In this document: positions 10,183 through 19,578 of the stretch, one piece after another | Layout: each line of letters opens with the position of its first letter | Numbering within the stretch: position 1 is the stretch's first letter | Assembly: GCA_964625085.1 (NCBI GenBank) | Contig: CAZVAJ010000004.1 | Coordinates: 367 to 60,849 of the forward strand | Origin: Candidatus Micrarchaeota archaeon | Lineage (GTDB): Archaea; B1Sed10-29; JAJSAI01 | DNA: 60,483 bases | Direction: 5' to 3' | Notes under the pieces: generated by a model | What the model was told of the DNA's origin: nothing | The model's input: the letters and a program-made list of their open reading frames with translations, nothing else | Database searches by the model: none | Program-made: the position numbers and the translations under genes

Positions 10183-12066
10183 TCATCCCACGAAAATAGG
10201 CCTTTTGCTGACCTTCACTGGCAGTGACAGCTTTTTGAACGGCTTTCCTTTTGTCTGATTTCTTATTGTTTCAGCAAGGTCCTGGGCGCTCATCTGTTTC
10301 TGTTCCTTTTCTCCTCTTATTCTTACAGCAAGCTTGCCTGATTCTGTTTCTTTTTCTCCTATGACCACAATGTACGGGATCCATTCTTTTTCTGCCCTGC
10401 GGATTTTCTTTCCAAGAGTTTCGTCAGTGTCATCAAGGTCTGCTCTCACGCCCTCAAACTCTTTTAACAGGTTCTCCGCGTACTCAAGCTGCTTGTCTGA
10501 AACTGGGATCAAGCGCACCTGGGTCGGAGCAAGCCACAGGGGCAGGGAGGGCTTTTTGCCTGACTGCTGGTCAAAGTGCGCTTTCTCTAGCAAGGCGTAC
10601 ATCACTCTTTCTACTGCACCGCTCGGACTCATGTGAAGTATTATCGGGTGTTCTTTTTCTCCTTTTTCAGTAATGTAGTTGATGTCATACCTTTCTCCGT
10701 TCTCCACGTCGATCTGGTCAGTGTTCAGCGCGCTTGCTTTTCCAAGCGCGTCAACAAAGTTCCACTCGTACTTCATGACAAAATAGAAGAACCTCTCGTC
10801 CCACATTTCCACGAGCGCGGGCTTGCCCCATTCTTTAACAAGGGACTTCACGTACTCCTGGTTTTCTTCCCAGAAAGGTTTTGTTATTCTTATCGCGAAC
10901 TCGAAGTCGTCGGGCATGCTGAAACCTAGTTCTGACTGCAGTTTCTTCTGGAACTTGAACCTTGTCAGCATCTCTTCCTTCGCTTGTTCTACGTCTGCGC
11001 ACAGAGCATGACAGTCAGGCATTGTGAAAGCGCGTAGGCGCCTTAGTCCTGTTAGCTCTCCTCTTTGCTCTGCCCTGAATGAGTAGCGGGTCATTTCATA
11101 GATTTTGACCGGCAGCATTTTGTAGGTTATCACAGAGTCATGGGCCATTAGGAACTGGCCAAAGCATGCGGCAAACCTGAGAAAGAGCCTTTTGTTCGGA
11201 GACTGCACTATATACTGCCTGGCAGGGAACCTGTGCAGGTACTTTTTCAGGGTAGGGTGCTCGAAATCGTACATTATAGGAGATTCTATTTCCATTGCTC
11301 CGTAGTCTATTACCTTGTTGGTGACGTACTGTTCAAGAAGTGATTTTACCAGCCTTCCTTTTGGATAGTACCTTAGGTTTCCTGGATCGCTTCCTGGTTC
11401 ATAGTCTGCTATCTCAAGTTCTCTCATGTACTTAACATGAGGAGGCTCTTGCTTTACTGCCCTCACTTTTTTCATCTCGTACTTTGCAAACTTCTCAAGG
11501 TTAGAGTAATTTGAGAAGTCAAACCCTGTGACCTTGTCACCCTGCATGCTCAGGGGATTAAGATTGCCTTGCAAGTCAAGCACGAACCACTGTGACCTGA
11601 CCTTTTCTTCTGACTTTAGCGCTTCACTGATCTCTTCCTTGCTTTCCTTAGCTGTCACGACCCTGCTCAGTTCTGATAGTGGGTGGCCTTTGACTTTGAT
11701 GTCGAACGCCTTATAGTACCCGAAAGGGCTTCTGTGAACCTCGTGATTCTCAGCTAGTACTTTTTCCATGAGGTCCAGCACTTTCATTGCTGTTGAGGGT
11801 TTTGAAGGATTGTCTGACAAGTGCACGAACGGGTAGAGCACTATCCTTTCAGCTTTTACCTGATTGAACACGTTTTCAATTTCTTTGACAGCGTTTTCAG
11901 AAACCTGTTCCTCTTTTCCTTCGTCTGTCTTCTCCACAGACATGAAGCACGCCAGGCACTCTTCATACCTTTCTTTCTTCTTGTCCTCAATGTCCGGAAC
12001 GCTGTCAATCGCTTTTTTAAGCGGCTCGTATTCTATGAAGTCAGAGTGAAGCAATAGTAACCTCAT
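10183..12066 (-). CDS. thrS: Threonine--tRNA ligase, archaeal type
   Basis: MRLLLLHSD archaeal editing domain, YPFVHLS, GHPLSELSR, LRFAACFG, RAFTMPD, PLWLAPTQVR. Confidence 0.97.
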   Translation of the reverse strand: MRLLLLHSDFIEYEPLKKAIDSVPDIEDKKKERYEECLACFMSVEKTDEGKEEQVSENAVKEIENVFNQVKAERIVLYPFVHLSDNPSKPSTAMKVLDLMEKVLAENHEVHRSPFGYYKAFDIKVKGHPLSELSRVVTAKESKEEISEALKSEEKVRSQWFVLDLQGNLNPLSMQGDKVTGFDFSNYSNLEKFAKYEMKKVRAVKQEPPHVKYMRELEIADYEPGSDPGNLRYYPKGRLVKSLLEQYVTNKVIDYGAMEIESPIMYDFEHPTLKKYLHRFPARQYIVQSPNKRLFLRFAACFGQFLMAHDSVITYKMLPVKIYEMTRYSFRAEQRGELTGLRRLRAFTMPDCHALCADVEQAKEEMLTRFKFQKKLQSELGFSMPDDFEFAIRITKPFWEENQEYVKSLVKEWGKPALVEMWDERFFYFVMKYEWNFVDALGKASALNTDQIDVENGERYDINYITEKGEKEHPIILHMSPSGAVERVMYALLEKAHFDQQSGKKPSLPLWLAPTQVRLIPVSDKQLEYAENLLKEFEGVRADLDDTDETLGKKIRRAEKEWIPYIVVIGEKETESGKLAVRIRGEKEQKQMSAQDLAETIRNQTKGKPFKKLSLPVKVSKRPIFVG

Positions 12067-12122
12067 TAAAACCACTTGCTTTTTATTCAACGCAGCACAT
12101 TTAAAAATTAATCGTGATCAGG

Positions 12123-12767
12123 ATGGCTGAAGGGTCAAAGCGCTTGAAAGGGCTTATGAAAAGCCAGAGAAGAAAGTTCCTTAAACTGTTTCCGGAAAAA
12201 GAGAAGAAAAGGCTGGTCAGAATAGAAGGCAGTGCAGAGGCTGACAAAGTCACGGTCATTGATACTGAAACAAGGGGGAAAAAAGTAATAAAAGAGTATA
12301 CGATAGGCAAGCCCCTTAAAAGCAGGCCTGCTCTGACTCCTGAAGAGCTTGTGGCAAGGTTCAAGCTGCAAAAAGAACTTTACTCTAAAGGCTATCCTGT
12401 AGTGCGGCCGATACGCATCTTCGTGGACAAGAAAAAAGGGAAAGTGTACTGGGAAGAAGAGTTTGTTGGTATGAGAACGTATGAGGACATTGAAAGATGG
12501 AATCCGGCGATCCGGAAGGTGAGTGGAAAAAGCTTGCCTGAACTGAAGCAAGAGTACGAGAAAGCGGCCAGAGAACTTGAAAGGTTCTCTGAGAAAGAAA
12601 ATCTTGCAGCTGTTGTTTCTCCTGCACTGGCTGAATTGATCATGCTAAGGGACAAGAACCTGGACTTTGATCTGAAGAAAAGTAATGCAGTATGGGACCC
12701 TGAAAAGAAAAGGTTCGTGTTCACCGACCTTTACCTGTACCGGCCTGAAAAAAGAAAAAACCCCTAA
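12123..12767 (+). CDS. Protein kinase-like fold protein, paralog 2
   Basis: Shares MAEGSK..RKFLKLFPE, TPEE.VARFK.QKELYSKGYPV.RP and WDPEK.RF with the 2357 ORF; VIKEY Lys, DLKKSN loop, FTDL. Confidence 0.65.
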   Translation: MAEGSKRLKGLMKSQRRKFLKLFPEKEKKRLVRIEGSAEADKVTVIDTETRGKKVIKEYTIGKPLKSRPALTPEELVARFKLQKELYSKGYPVVRPIRIFVDKKKGKVYWEEEFVGMRTYEDIERWNPAIRKVSGKSLPELKQEYEKAARELERFSEKENLAAVVSPALAELIMLRDKNLDFDLKKSNAVWDPEKKRFVFTDLYLYRPEKRKNP

Positions 12768-13078
12768 AGTTCTTTTGCTGGCCTGAACTTGTAACCGTAC
12801 AGTATCAAGCCTCTTGGGCCTTTTTCCCTGATCTTTCTGACGACCATTTCCATTTCCATTCCTATGCTAAGTTCTTCTTCTGTGCAGTCAGTCAACTGGG
12901 CGAGAAGCATTTTGCCTGACTCCAGTTTCACGAGCCCTATAATGTAGGGTGAGAACTCCTCAAGCTCATGGATAGGAGAGAACACAGTAGTGTACGAGTA
13001 CAAGGTGCCTTTGGCTTCTGGGTTTCCGTCTATCATGTACCTTTCATTAAGCATTCTATGGTAATGGGGAACCTTCAT
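12764..13078 (-). CDS. DUF35 family OB-fold protein (thiolase/HMGCS scaffold), lacking the Zn ribbon
   Basis: GTLYSYT, PYIIGLVKL, LAQLTD, IGMEMEMVVRK, YGYKFRP; adjacent to thiolase. Confidence 0.88.
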   Translation of the reverse strand: MKVPHYHRMLNERYMIDGNPEAKGTLYSYTTVFSPIHELEEFSPYIIGLVKLESGKMLLAQLTDCTEEELSIGMEMEMVVRKIREKGPRGLILYGYKFRPAKEL

Positions 13079-13079
13079 C

Positions 13080-14213
13080 TTACCTCACTCTCCTGAAAAT
13101 GTTTGCGGCGACCATTGAACCGCTTCCGCCAATATTATGGCATAATGCGACTTCAGCATCAGGAACCTGGTGGACTGCCTGTCCTCTTAACTGCAGAACA
13201 GCGTCATACGCCTGGTACACTCCTGTAGCGCCAACTGGGTGACCTCTTGCTTTCAGCCCTCCTGATGTGGAAACAGGAAAGTCAGCGTCCAGTGCTATCT
13301 GACCCTCTTGCGCAAGCTTGTAACCCTTTCCTTTCTCTGCCACGCCTATTGATTCAAGGTCAAGCGCGGCCATTATAGAAAACGCGTCGTGCACTTCAAA
13401 CACATCTATGTCCCTAACAGTCACCCCTGATTTAGCAGAAGCTTTTTTGAATGACCTTGCACCTGCTGTTATTGTTAGAGGATCCGGGCGTCTGGCAAGC
13501 TCAATCGTATCCTGGCCTATTGCACTTGCTTCCAGCGTAATCTTTTCCTCTTTTTTCACAAGGCCTTCTTTAGTAAGGATTATTGCAGCACTGCCGTCAC
13601 ACACTGGCGAGCAGTCAAGCAAGCGCAAGGGAGACGAAACATACGGGGATTTCAAGCAGTCTTCTAGCGAAACCTGTTTCTGGAAGAACGCATGAGGAAC
13701 ATTTAATGCGTTCTTGTGGGAGTTAACAGAGAAAAGAAGCAAGTCTTCTTCTTTTGCTTTGTATTCGTGCATGTACCTGCGTGCTATGAGTGCGTTCAGT
13801 GAAACAAAAGAAGCGCCATAAAATGCTTCTTTTTCAAAATCAGACGCTCCAGCCAGAATATGCGTGTTCATCTGAGTGGTCCTGTCAGTCATTTTTTCTA
13901 CTCCTGCGACCATGACTGAATCATACTCTCCTGACTTTATCGCAAGCCATGCGGCATGCAGGGCAGCGCCTCCTGAGGAGCATGCGGACTCCACCCTGAA
14001 AGCAGGGAATGAATCGTCAGAAAGATAGCTTCCTACATTGTTTTGGTCAGTGTACTGGGGCAGGGCCATGTTAGACGCTATAAGCAAGTCCACTGATTTT
14101 AGCCCAGAGTCCTCAAAAGCCTTGGCTGAAGCTTCTTTGAACAGGTCTCTTGCGCTCTTGTCCCAGCGTTCTCCTGCTCTGATGCAACCTATTCCTGCAA
14201 CCTCAACCTTCAT
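13080..14213 (-). CDS. Acetoacetyl-CoA thiolase (archaeal type)
   Basis: VESACSSG catalytic Cys, GVEKM, EVHDAFS, GHPVGATG. Confidence 0.93.
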   Translation of the reverse strand: MKVEVAGIGCIRAGERWDKSARDLFKEASAKAFEDSGLKSVDLLIASNMALPQYTDQNNVGSYLSDDSFPAFRVESACSSGGAALHAAWLAIKSGEYDSVMVAGVEKMTDRTTQMNTHILAGASDFEKEAFYGASFVSLNALIARRYMHEYKAKEEDLLLFSVNSHKNALNVPHAFFQKQVSLEDCLKSPYVSSPLRLLDCSPVCDGSAAIILTKEGLVKKEEKITLEASAIGQDTIELARRPDPLTITAGARSFKKASAKSGVTVRDIDVFEVHDAFSIMAALDLESIGVAEKGKGYKLAQEGQIALDADFPVSTSGGLKARGHPVGATGVYQAYDAVLQLRGQAVHQVPDAEVALCHNIGGSGSMVAANIFRRVR

Positions 14214-14219
14214 TCTGTT

Positions 14220-15266
14220 TCACCTTATTATTTTTCTCCGGTACCTGGCGTAAAACGCGTAGTCCACAAACTTTTCCCTATTCACGTAAAATTCTGTCCG
14301 CGGGGCCAGGTCTTTTGCCTTTTCTATGCATTCTTTCACTGTAAGCACGAAAGAGTCTGAGCCTGCGCCTGAACCGAATGATGCCACCAGTATTTTTTCT
14401 CCTGGGCTGGAATGGTCCAGGACATTTGTCAGCGCGAGAGGCACTGCACCAGCATAACAGTTCCCGACCCTTGGAGTCAAAAGCCCATGCTTTATCTGGT
14501 CTTCTGTGAACCCAAGCTTCTTTGCAGCTTTTCTCACAAAACCCGGGTTGGGCTGGTGGAAAACAGCGTGCGCAAATTCCCTTGGCTCTAGGCCAGAATC
14601 CTCGAGAATTGTCCTGGCAGCGGTGAGAACGTGCTTGAAGTATGCTGGTTCTCCTGTGAACCTGCCTGCGTGAGAAGGGTATTTTTCTCCTTGGCGCCTC
14701 CAAAAATCAGGAGTGTCTGTAACATACGAGTACGAAAGATCAACTGATGCTAGAGAGTTCTTGTCCTCTTCTGAAAAAATGAACGCTCCTGCTCCAGCAC
14801 CTGCGGTAAACTCAAGAGGATCAGCAGGCCTGCCTTGGGAAGTGTCCGCGCCTATTGCCATTGCTGCTTTCATCATTCCAGAAGCAACAAAACCTATGCA
14901 CATCTGCATTGCTTCTGTTCCTGCTTTGCACGCGAACTCTAGATTCGCAGCGCTCATGTCATGAGAAAGGCCAAGCGCTTCTGCAACGATCGTGCCATCA
15001 GACTTTACAGCATATGCTTGGGACTCAGATCCAATAAGCACTGCGTGAACATCATCCCTGTCAACACTAGACCTGTTTAACGCGTTTCTGCCCGCTTCTA
15101 TCGAAAAAGTCACAGTGTCCTCATCAGGCCCTGGAACTGATTTCTGGGGGATTGGTGATTTTCCGCCCCATACTCTCCTTATTTCTTCTCCTTTTATCCG
15201 GTACATGGGAACGTAAGCGCCGTATCCTGAGATTCCCACGCGTGTTTTTGTTTTCATGGACTTCAT
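14220..15266 (-). CDS. Hydroxymethylglutaryl-CoA synthase (archaeal type)
   Basis: EFACKAGT catalytic Cys, DTPDFWRR, RFTGEPAYF, FHQPN, SFGSGAGSD. Confidence 0.93.
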   Translation of the reverse strand: MKSMKTKTRVGISGYGAYVPMYRIKGEEIRRVWGGKSPIPQKSVPGPDEDTVTFSIEAGRNALNRSSVDRDDVHAVLIGSESQAYAVKSDGTIVAEALGLSHDMSAANLEFACKAGTEAMQMCIGFVASGMMKAAMAIGADTSQGRPADPLEFTAGAGAGAFIFSEEDKNSLASVDLSYSYVTDTPDFWRRQGEKYPSHAGRFTGEPAYFKHVLTAARTILEDSGLEPREFAHAVFHQPNPGFVRKAAKKLGFTEDQIKHGLLTPRVGNCYAGAVPLALTNVLDHSSPGEKILVASFGSGAGSDSFVLTVKECIEKAKDLAPRTEFYVNREKFVDYAFYARYRRKIIR

Positions 15267-15814
15267 AGCATCCCCTTCATAATCTCTATTCCTTTATCAA
15301 AGTGTCTTCCCAGCCCGCGTCCTGCCTTTTCTAGTTCTGCGCGTATCCTATCAGCAGGTACTGGAAATCCGGGCACGCTGGCCATCACGCCAAGCATTAC
15401 TATGTTAAAGTTTCTTGGGTAGTCTTCGTCAAAAGCGCGGACAAAGTAAACCTTGTCAGAAAATCTTTTGATTTTTTCTTCAACGTCATGAGGGTATTCT
15501 GTTTCCCCAAGAGAACATGACACAGGAATGACTTTTTTCTTTTCAACTAAGAAGTACGCGTTTTCCTTTGCCAGGTGCGCGTTACGCAGGACTTCAAGGG
15601 GCTCCAGGCCCACTACCATGTCTGCGTCACCGGGGTTAATGATTGGGGAGTATGCCCTTCCTATCTTTAGGTGAACCGTGACAGACCCTTCTCTTTTAGC
15701 ATGGCCCTTGTTCGCGATTAGCTTTACCTCACCTTCAGATGCTTTGGCAAGTATCTTGCTCATGAAAACCACTCCTTGCCCGCCTACTCCTGCAATAACA
15801 ATCTCATACGCCAT
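15263..15814 (-). CDS. iorB: Indolepyruvate:ferredoxin oxidoreductase beta subunit
   Basis: AGVGGQG, REGSV, LEPLEVLR, FNIVMLG; overlaps iorA. Confidence 0.85.
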   Translation of the reverse strand: MAYEIVIAGVGGQGVVFMSKILAKASEGEVKLIANKGHAKREGSVTVHLKIGRAYSPIINPGDADMVVGLEPLEVLRNAHLAKENAYFLVEKKKVIPVSCSLGETEYPHDVEEKIKRFSDKVYFVRAFDEDYPRNFNIVMLGVMASVPGFPVPADRIRAELEKAGRGLGRHFDKGIEIMKGML

Positions 15815-17600
15815 ATTTTTCACCTATCGCGTTCACGGGACACGTCTGCTTGCACAATCCACATGAAACACACTTTGTCTGGTCTATCCTAACTTTCCCG
15901 TTCTCGTAAACGAGTGCAGGACAGCCTGTTTCTCTTATGCATGTTCTGCAACCCACGCATTTATCTGCATCAACTAACGTCTTCGCAACCTTTTGCGGTT
16001 TGCTCTTTAACACGCATGCCCTGCGCATTATCACAATAGAAAGCCCTGGCTCCTTAATTGCTTTTTCCACAAGCGGGAGCGCTGTCGTAACATCGTATGG
16101 GTCAACCTGGTGTACTCTCGCGTGCCCCCTGCTCTTCAAAAGATCGTATATATCCACGCGGGGAAGCGGTTCTCCTCTAACTGTTTCTCCTGTTCCAGGG
16201 TTAGGTTGCTGGCCTGTCATTGCAGTGCACGAATTATCCAAGATAAACACAGTTATGTCAGCAAAACCAGCTGCTGCGTTCATTACTGAAGCAAGGCCTG
16301 AGTGGAAAAAAGTAGAATCTCCCATTACTGCCACCACCTTCTGATCTGGAGACACTTTTGAGATTCCTTCTGCTATTCCAACACCTGACCCCATGTTCAT
16401 ACAAACATCAAGTAGGTTCATTGGGGGCGCTGCAGCACGATTATAACAGCCCCTGTCCCCAACTATCACAGCATCCTCGTACTTGGCCAGAGCCTTTCTT
16501 ATCAGATAGTATGACGATCGATGAGGACAGCCAGCGCACAGCGTTCCCGCCCTTGGAATCAGTTCTATCTTTTTTTTCGGTTCAGGAATCTCTTTTTCAA
16601 AGATTTTTGAAAGCGCCAGCCCAATCTTGTAAGTGCTTAAAGCACCTTCTCTTGGGATGTGTTTTGTAAGGGTGCCGAAGACTGGCGTGCTACTGCCTAT
16701 TTTTGAAGCCAGCACGAGTATCTCCTTTTCTACTATAGGATCCCTTTCTTCCACGACAAGAATCCTGTCAGAACTTTCAAGAGCCTGCTCTATCAACTGC
16801 TCAGGAAGAGGATGAACCCGGGATATTTTAAGCACCCGCGCACTAAACCCATACTTTTCCATAGCTTCCTTAACAGGATTATAAGCAAAACCAACCGCGA
16901 TAACAGTTGTTTTTCCTTCCCCTTCAAACCCTTCGAAAGGGCTTACAATACTACGCGCGATATTCCTCATTTTATGATTCAGCGCAGGAACTTTCTCTTT
17001 AACAGTAAAAGGCAAGCACACGAACTGGTGGCCGTTTCGGTCAAAACGGAACGTGTTCCCATCATCCTTTTCATCAAAAAGTTCCACCTGTTCCATCGCG
17101 TGAGTAACCTTAGAAGTAACACCCAAGATCACAGGGACCTTCTGTTCTTCAGAAAACCTTAAAAGATAGCGGACGAGCCGGCTTGCTTCGTCAGGCCCAG
17201 CTGCTTCAAAATAAGGAATGTTCGCAAGGTGCGCGTAGTGGCGCGGGTCCATTGAGTTCTGGGAAGAGGAAGGAATAGGGTCAGAGCCCACAAGTATGAG
17301 AAGACCGCCTACAATGCCTGTTATATTAGCCACATTCAAAGGATCAGACGCGACGTTCAGCCCAATGTGCTTCATTATACACATTGAACGTGCTCCAGAA
17401 GCGCTTGCCCCTATAGCAACTTCCAAAGCAACCTTTTCATTCGTTGACCACTCCAGGAAAACATCATCTTCTGCGGTGTTCTTAGAAATGACCTTCATTA
17501 TCTCAGAGATCGGCGCTCCAGGATATCCTGTGACTACCTTGACTCCGGACGAGACCGCTGCACGTGCTATTGCCTCGCTTCCGGTCATGATCTTTTTCAT
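15804..17600 (-). CDS. iorA: Indolepyruvate:ferredoxin oxidoreductase alpha subunit
   Basis: GYPGAP, WSTNEKVALE, MKHIGLNVASD, LCAGCPH, GDSTFFHSG TPP motif, C-terminal ferredoxin Cys motifs. Confidence 0.92.
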   Translation of the reverse strand: MKKIMTGSEAIARAAVSSGVKVVTGYPGAPISEIMKVISKNTAEDDVFLEWSTNEKVALEVAIGASASGARSMCIMKHIGLNVASDPLNVANITGIVGGLLILVGSDPIPSSSQNSMDPRHYAHLANIPYFEAAGPDEASRLVRYLLRFSEEQKVPVILGVTSKVTHAMEQVELFDEKDDGNTFRFDRNGHQFVCLPFTVKEKVPALNHKMRNIARSIVSPFEGFEGEGKTTVIAVGFAYNPVKEAMEKYGFSARVLKISRVHPLPEQLIEQALESSDRILVVEERDPIVEKEILVLASKIGSSTPVFGTLTKHIPREGALSTYKIGLALSKIFEKEIPEPKKKIELIPRAGTLCAGCPHRSSYYLIRKALAKYEDAVIVGDRGCYNRAAAPPMNLLDVCMNMGSGVGIAEGISKVSPDQKVVAVMGDSTFFHSGLASVMNAAAGFADITVFILDNSCTAMTGQQPNPGTGETVRGEPLPRVDIYDLLKSRGHARVHQVDPYDVTTALPLVEKAIKEPGLSIVIMRRACVLKSKPQKVAKTLVDADKCVGCRTCIRETGCPALVYENGKVRIDQTKCVSCGLCKQTCPVNAIGEKYGV

Positions 17601-17667
17601 TATCTGAAGGTAAATAGAACTGCAATATAAAACTGCTCACGACAAAAGGCAACAAAAAGCATGTTAT

Positions 17668-17683
17668 CGTCATAATCCAAACA
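17668..17683 (+). repeat. 16-bp intergenic motif CGTCATAATCCAAACA, copy 1
   Basis: Exact match at 26065-26080; lies in the iorA/rpl15e divergent intergenic region upstream of TTTTAAATA. Confidence 0.7.
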
Positions 17684-17779
17684 AGAAAAAGCAGTAGTAA
17701 CTTTTAAATATCCTATGAAGTGAACAAATAACAGCACCGAATGTTCCTGTAAAGGAGAACGGTTAAGGAGGTAACTAAA

Positions 17780-18304
17780 ATGAGTTTCATGAAAATGCTA
17801 CAGGCAACTTTCCGTAAAGAGTATTCTGGAAAAGACCCTGAACTGAAAAAAGAATACAAGAACAAGCTTATAGAATGGAGGAGAACTTCTTCTATAGTAA
17901 GGGTTGATAAACCCTCAAACCTGGCCAGTGCCAGAGCAGTTGGGTACAAGGCCAAAAAAGGAGTAATAGTCCTGAGAGTAAGGGTAAAAAGGAGCTCAGG
18001 AAAGCATGAACGTCCAAATGCCCGCAGACGCCCGAAAAGGATGGGTACTGTCAAAAAGAAACGCAGGAAAAACCTTCAGTGGATCGCGGAAGAGAGGGCT
18101 GGAAGAAGGTACAAGAGCCTTGAAGTCCTGAACTCTTACTGGGTTGGAGAAGACGGGCAGTACAAGTACTATGAAGTGATAATGGTAGACCCATCAAGGC
18201 CTGAAATACAAAAGGACAAAGACCTGAACAAGGTGGCAAAGGACAAAGGAAGAGTGTTCAGAGCAAAAACCAGCGCGGCCAGGAAAGCCAAGAGGAAACA
18301 ATGA
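17780..18304 (+). CDS. rpl15e: 50S ribosomal protein eL15
   Basis: GYKAKKG, RRPKRMG, IAEERA, LEVLNSYWVGEDGQYKYYEVIMVD. Confidence 0.97.
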   Translation: MSFMKMLQATFRKEYSGKDPELKKEYKNKLIEWRRTSSIVRVDKPSNLASARAVGYKAKKGVIVLRVRVKRSSGKHERPNARRRPKRMGTVKKKRRKNLQWIAEERAGRRYKSLEVLNSYWVGEDGQYKYYEVIMVDPSRPEIQKDKDLNKVAKDKGRVFRAKTSAARKAKRKQ

Positions 18305-18732
18305 TGAAGCTCGCTTCAAGAGTGTGGGTAGAATGCTTCCAGTACCCCACAGAAGACCCTGAAAAAGTGAGCAAAGCAATAGAAACAGTTTCAGGAGAAC
18401 CCGCTACCAGTAAAAAAGAGTATGAAAGCGTGCACGGCCCGAAATTCTGGCTGCTGTCCTTTGAAACAGGAAAACAAGCAGGCATAAGAAAAGTGCTGGA
18501 AAACATCCTGTTGGGGCTGTCTGAAGAGGAAATAGCCCAGATTAAAGAAACGCTTGAAGAGCGGATAAGTTCTGATGGGGTTCTGCACATTAGGCTTGAT
18601 AAACAACTGGCCAGCCAGGGGAAAATTTGTCTTGGGAAAGGAGGAGATGTTGTCAAGGTCAGGATAAAGCTTGCAGCATACCCTGCAAGCCGCGAGAACC
18701 TGCTTAAGGCCGCGGAGGGCTTGTTATCATGA
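18301..18732 (+). CDS. Predicted RNA-binding protein of the exosome superoperon (COG1325-like)
   Basis: TEDPEKV, LHIRLDKQ, DVVKVRIK; conserved position after rpl15e. Confidence 0.8.
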   Translation: MMKLASRVWVECFQYPTEDPEKVSKAIETVSGEPATSKKEYESVHGPKFWLLSFETGKQAGIRKVLENILLGLSEEEIAQIKETLEERISSDGVLHIRLDKQLASQGKICLGKGGDVVKVRIKLAAYPASRENLLKAAEGLLS

Positions 18733-19202
18733 ATTACTATGATCTTGTAGAAGACAAGAACATGGCAAAACACGCGTCATTGCTCGGGTACGATCGTATA
18801 ATAAGCATTAATGAAGTGAACGCAATAGTAAACCCTGAATACACAGAAGCCATAAAGAATCCGGGATCACTGCTAATAGACCCTCTTAATGAACGCAAGA
18901 CACTTGTGGATCCGGCGCTCGCCAAAAAGATGGCTGAAAAAAATGGCGTGGTGATGATATCCTTAAAAGGAATCGCGTCCAGGGAGGGTATGAAAAGAGC
19001 TGGCTGGATTCACAGCATAATACTTACCCTTAGGATATGCAAGAAGTACAATGTAGAAGTGGTTATAGGAAGCTTTGCCTCAGGCCCAGAAGGCCTAAAA
19101 ACCCCCAGAATGCTTGAAGCAGTGGGCCAGAGCCTTGGCCTGACAAAGCCTCAGGCAAGATGGGCCTGCACTAACGCGTGGAAAAAGGTGTTCAGAGAAT
19201 GA
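18729..19202 (+). CDS. RNase P protein Rpp30-like (shortened)
   Basis: LGYD, LAKKMAEKN, ICKKYNVEVVIGSFA, LKTPR resemble Rpp30; superoperon position before Pop5. Confidence 0.65.
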   Translation: MNYYDLVEDKNMAKHASLLGYDRIISINEVNAIVNPEYTEAIKNPGSLLIDPLNERKTLVDPALAKKMAEKNGVVMISLKGIASREGMKRAGWIHSIILTLRICKKYNVEVVIGSFASGPEGLKTPRMLEAVGQSLGLTKPQARWACTNAWKKVFRE

Positions 19203-19564
19203 AGCCCTTCCCAACATACCTGAAAGAAAAAGAAAGATACGTCGTATTTACCGTAGAATCTGCAGGAAAACCAGACAGAAAAACGGTCATAAACAGCATC
19301 TGCAGCGCCGTGCTAGACTATGCTGGAGAAGCAACCGCAGCAAGAGCAGGATTCAGGGTAGTGGAATATGATGAAAATTTACAGAAAGGTATTTTAAGGG
19401 CTGGTACAGAAAATCTTGAAGAAGTAATCGCAGGCTTGGCCATGCTGGAAAGAATCGGACAAGAACCCGCTTCTATAATAACCCAGCATGTTTCAGGCAC
19501 GCTTAAGAAAGCCCGGGCGGAAGATATTAAAACACTCGGGTTGTTCACAAGAACAAATGATTAA
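19199..19564 (+). CDS. RNase P protein Pop5/Rpp14 family
   Basis: MKPFPTYLKEKERYVVF, GILR, HVSGTLKKA. Confidence 0.88.
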   Translation: MKPFPTYLKEKERYVVFTVESAGKPDRKTVINSICSAVLDYAGEATAARAGFRVVEYDENLQKGILRAGTENLEEVIAGLAMLERIGQEPASIITQHVSGTLKKARAEDIKTLGLFTRTND

Positions 19565-19578
19565 GAACAGGAGGGATT

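Noticed and set aside
12764..15266. PhlABC-type polyketide acetyltransferase cluster
   Set aside because: The HMGCS keeps its catalytic EFACK motif and no type III PKS is present; the archaeal mevalonate module is the simpler reading.
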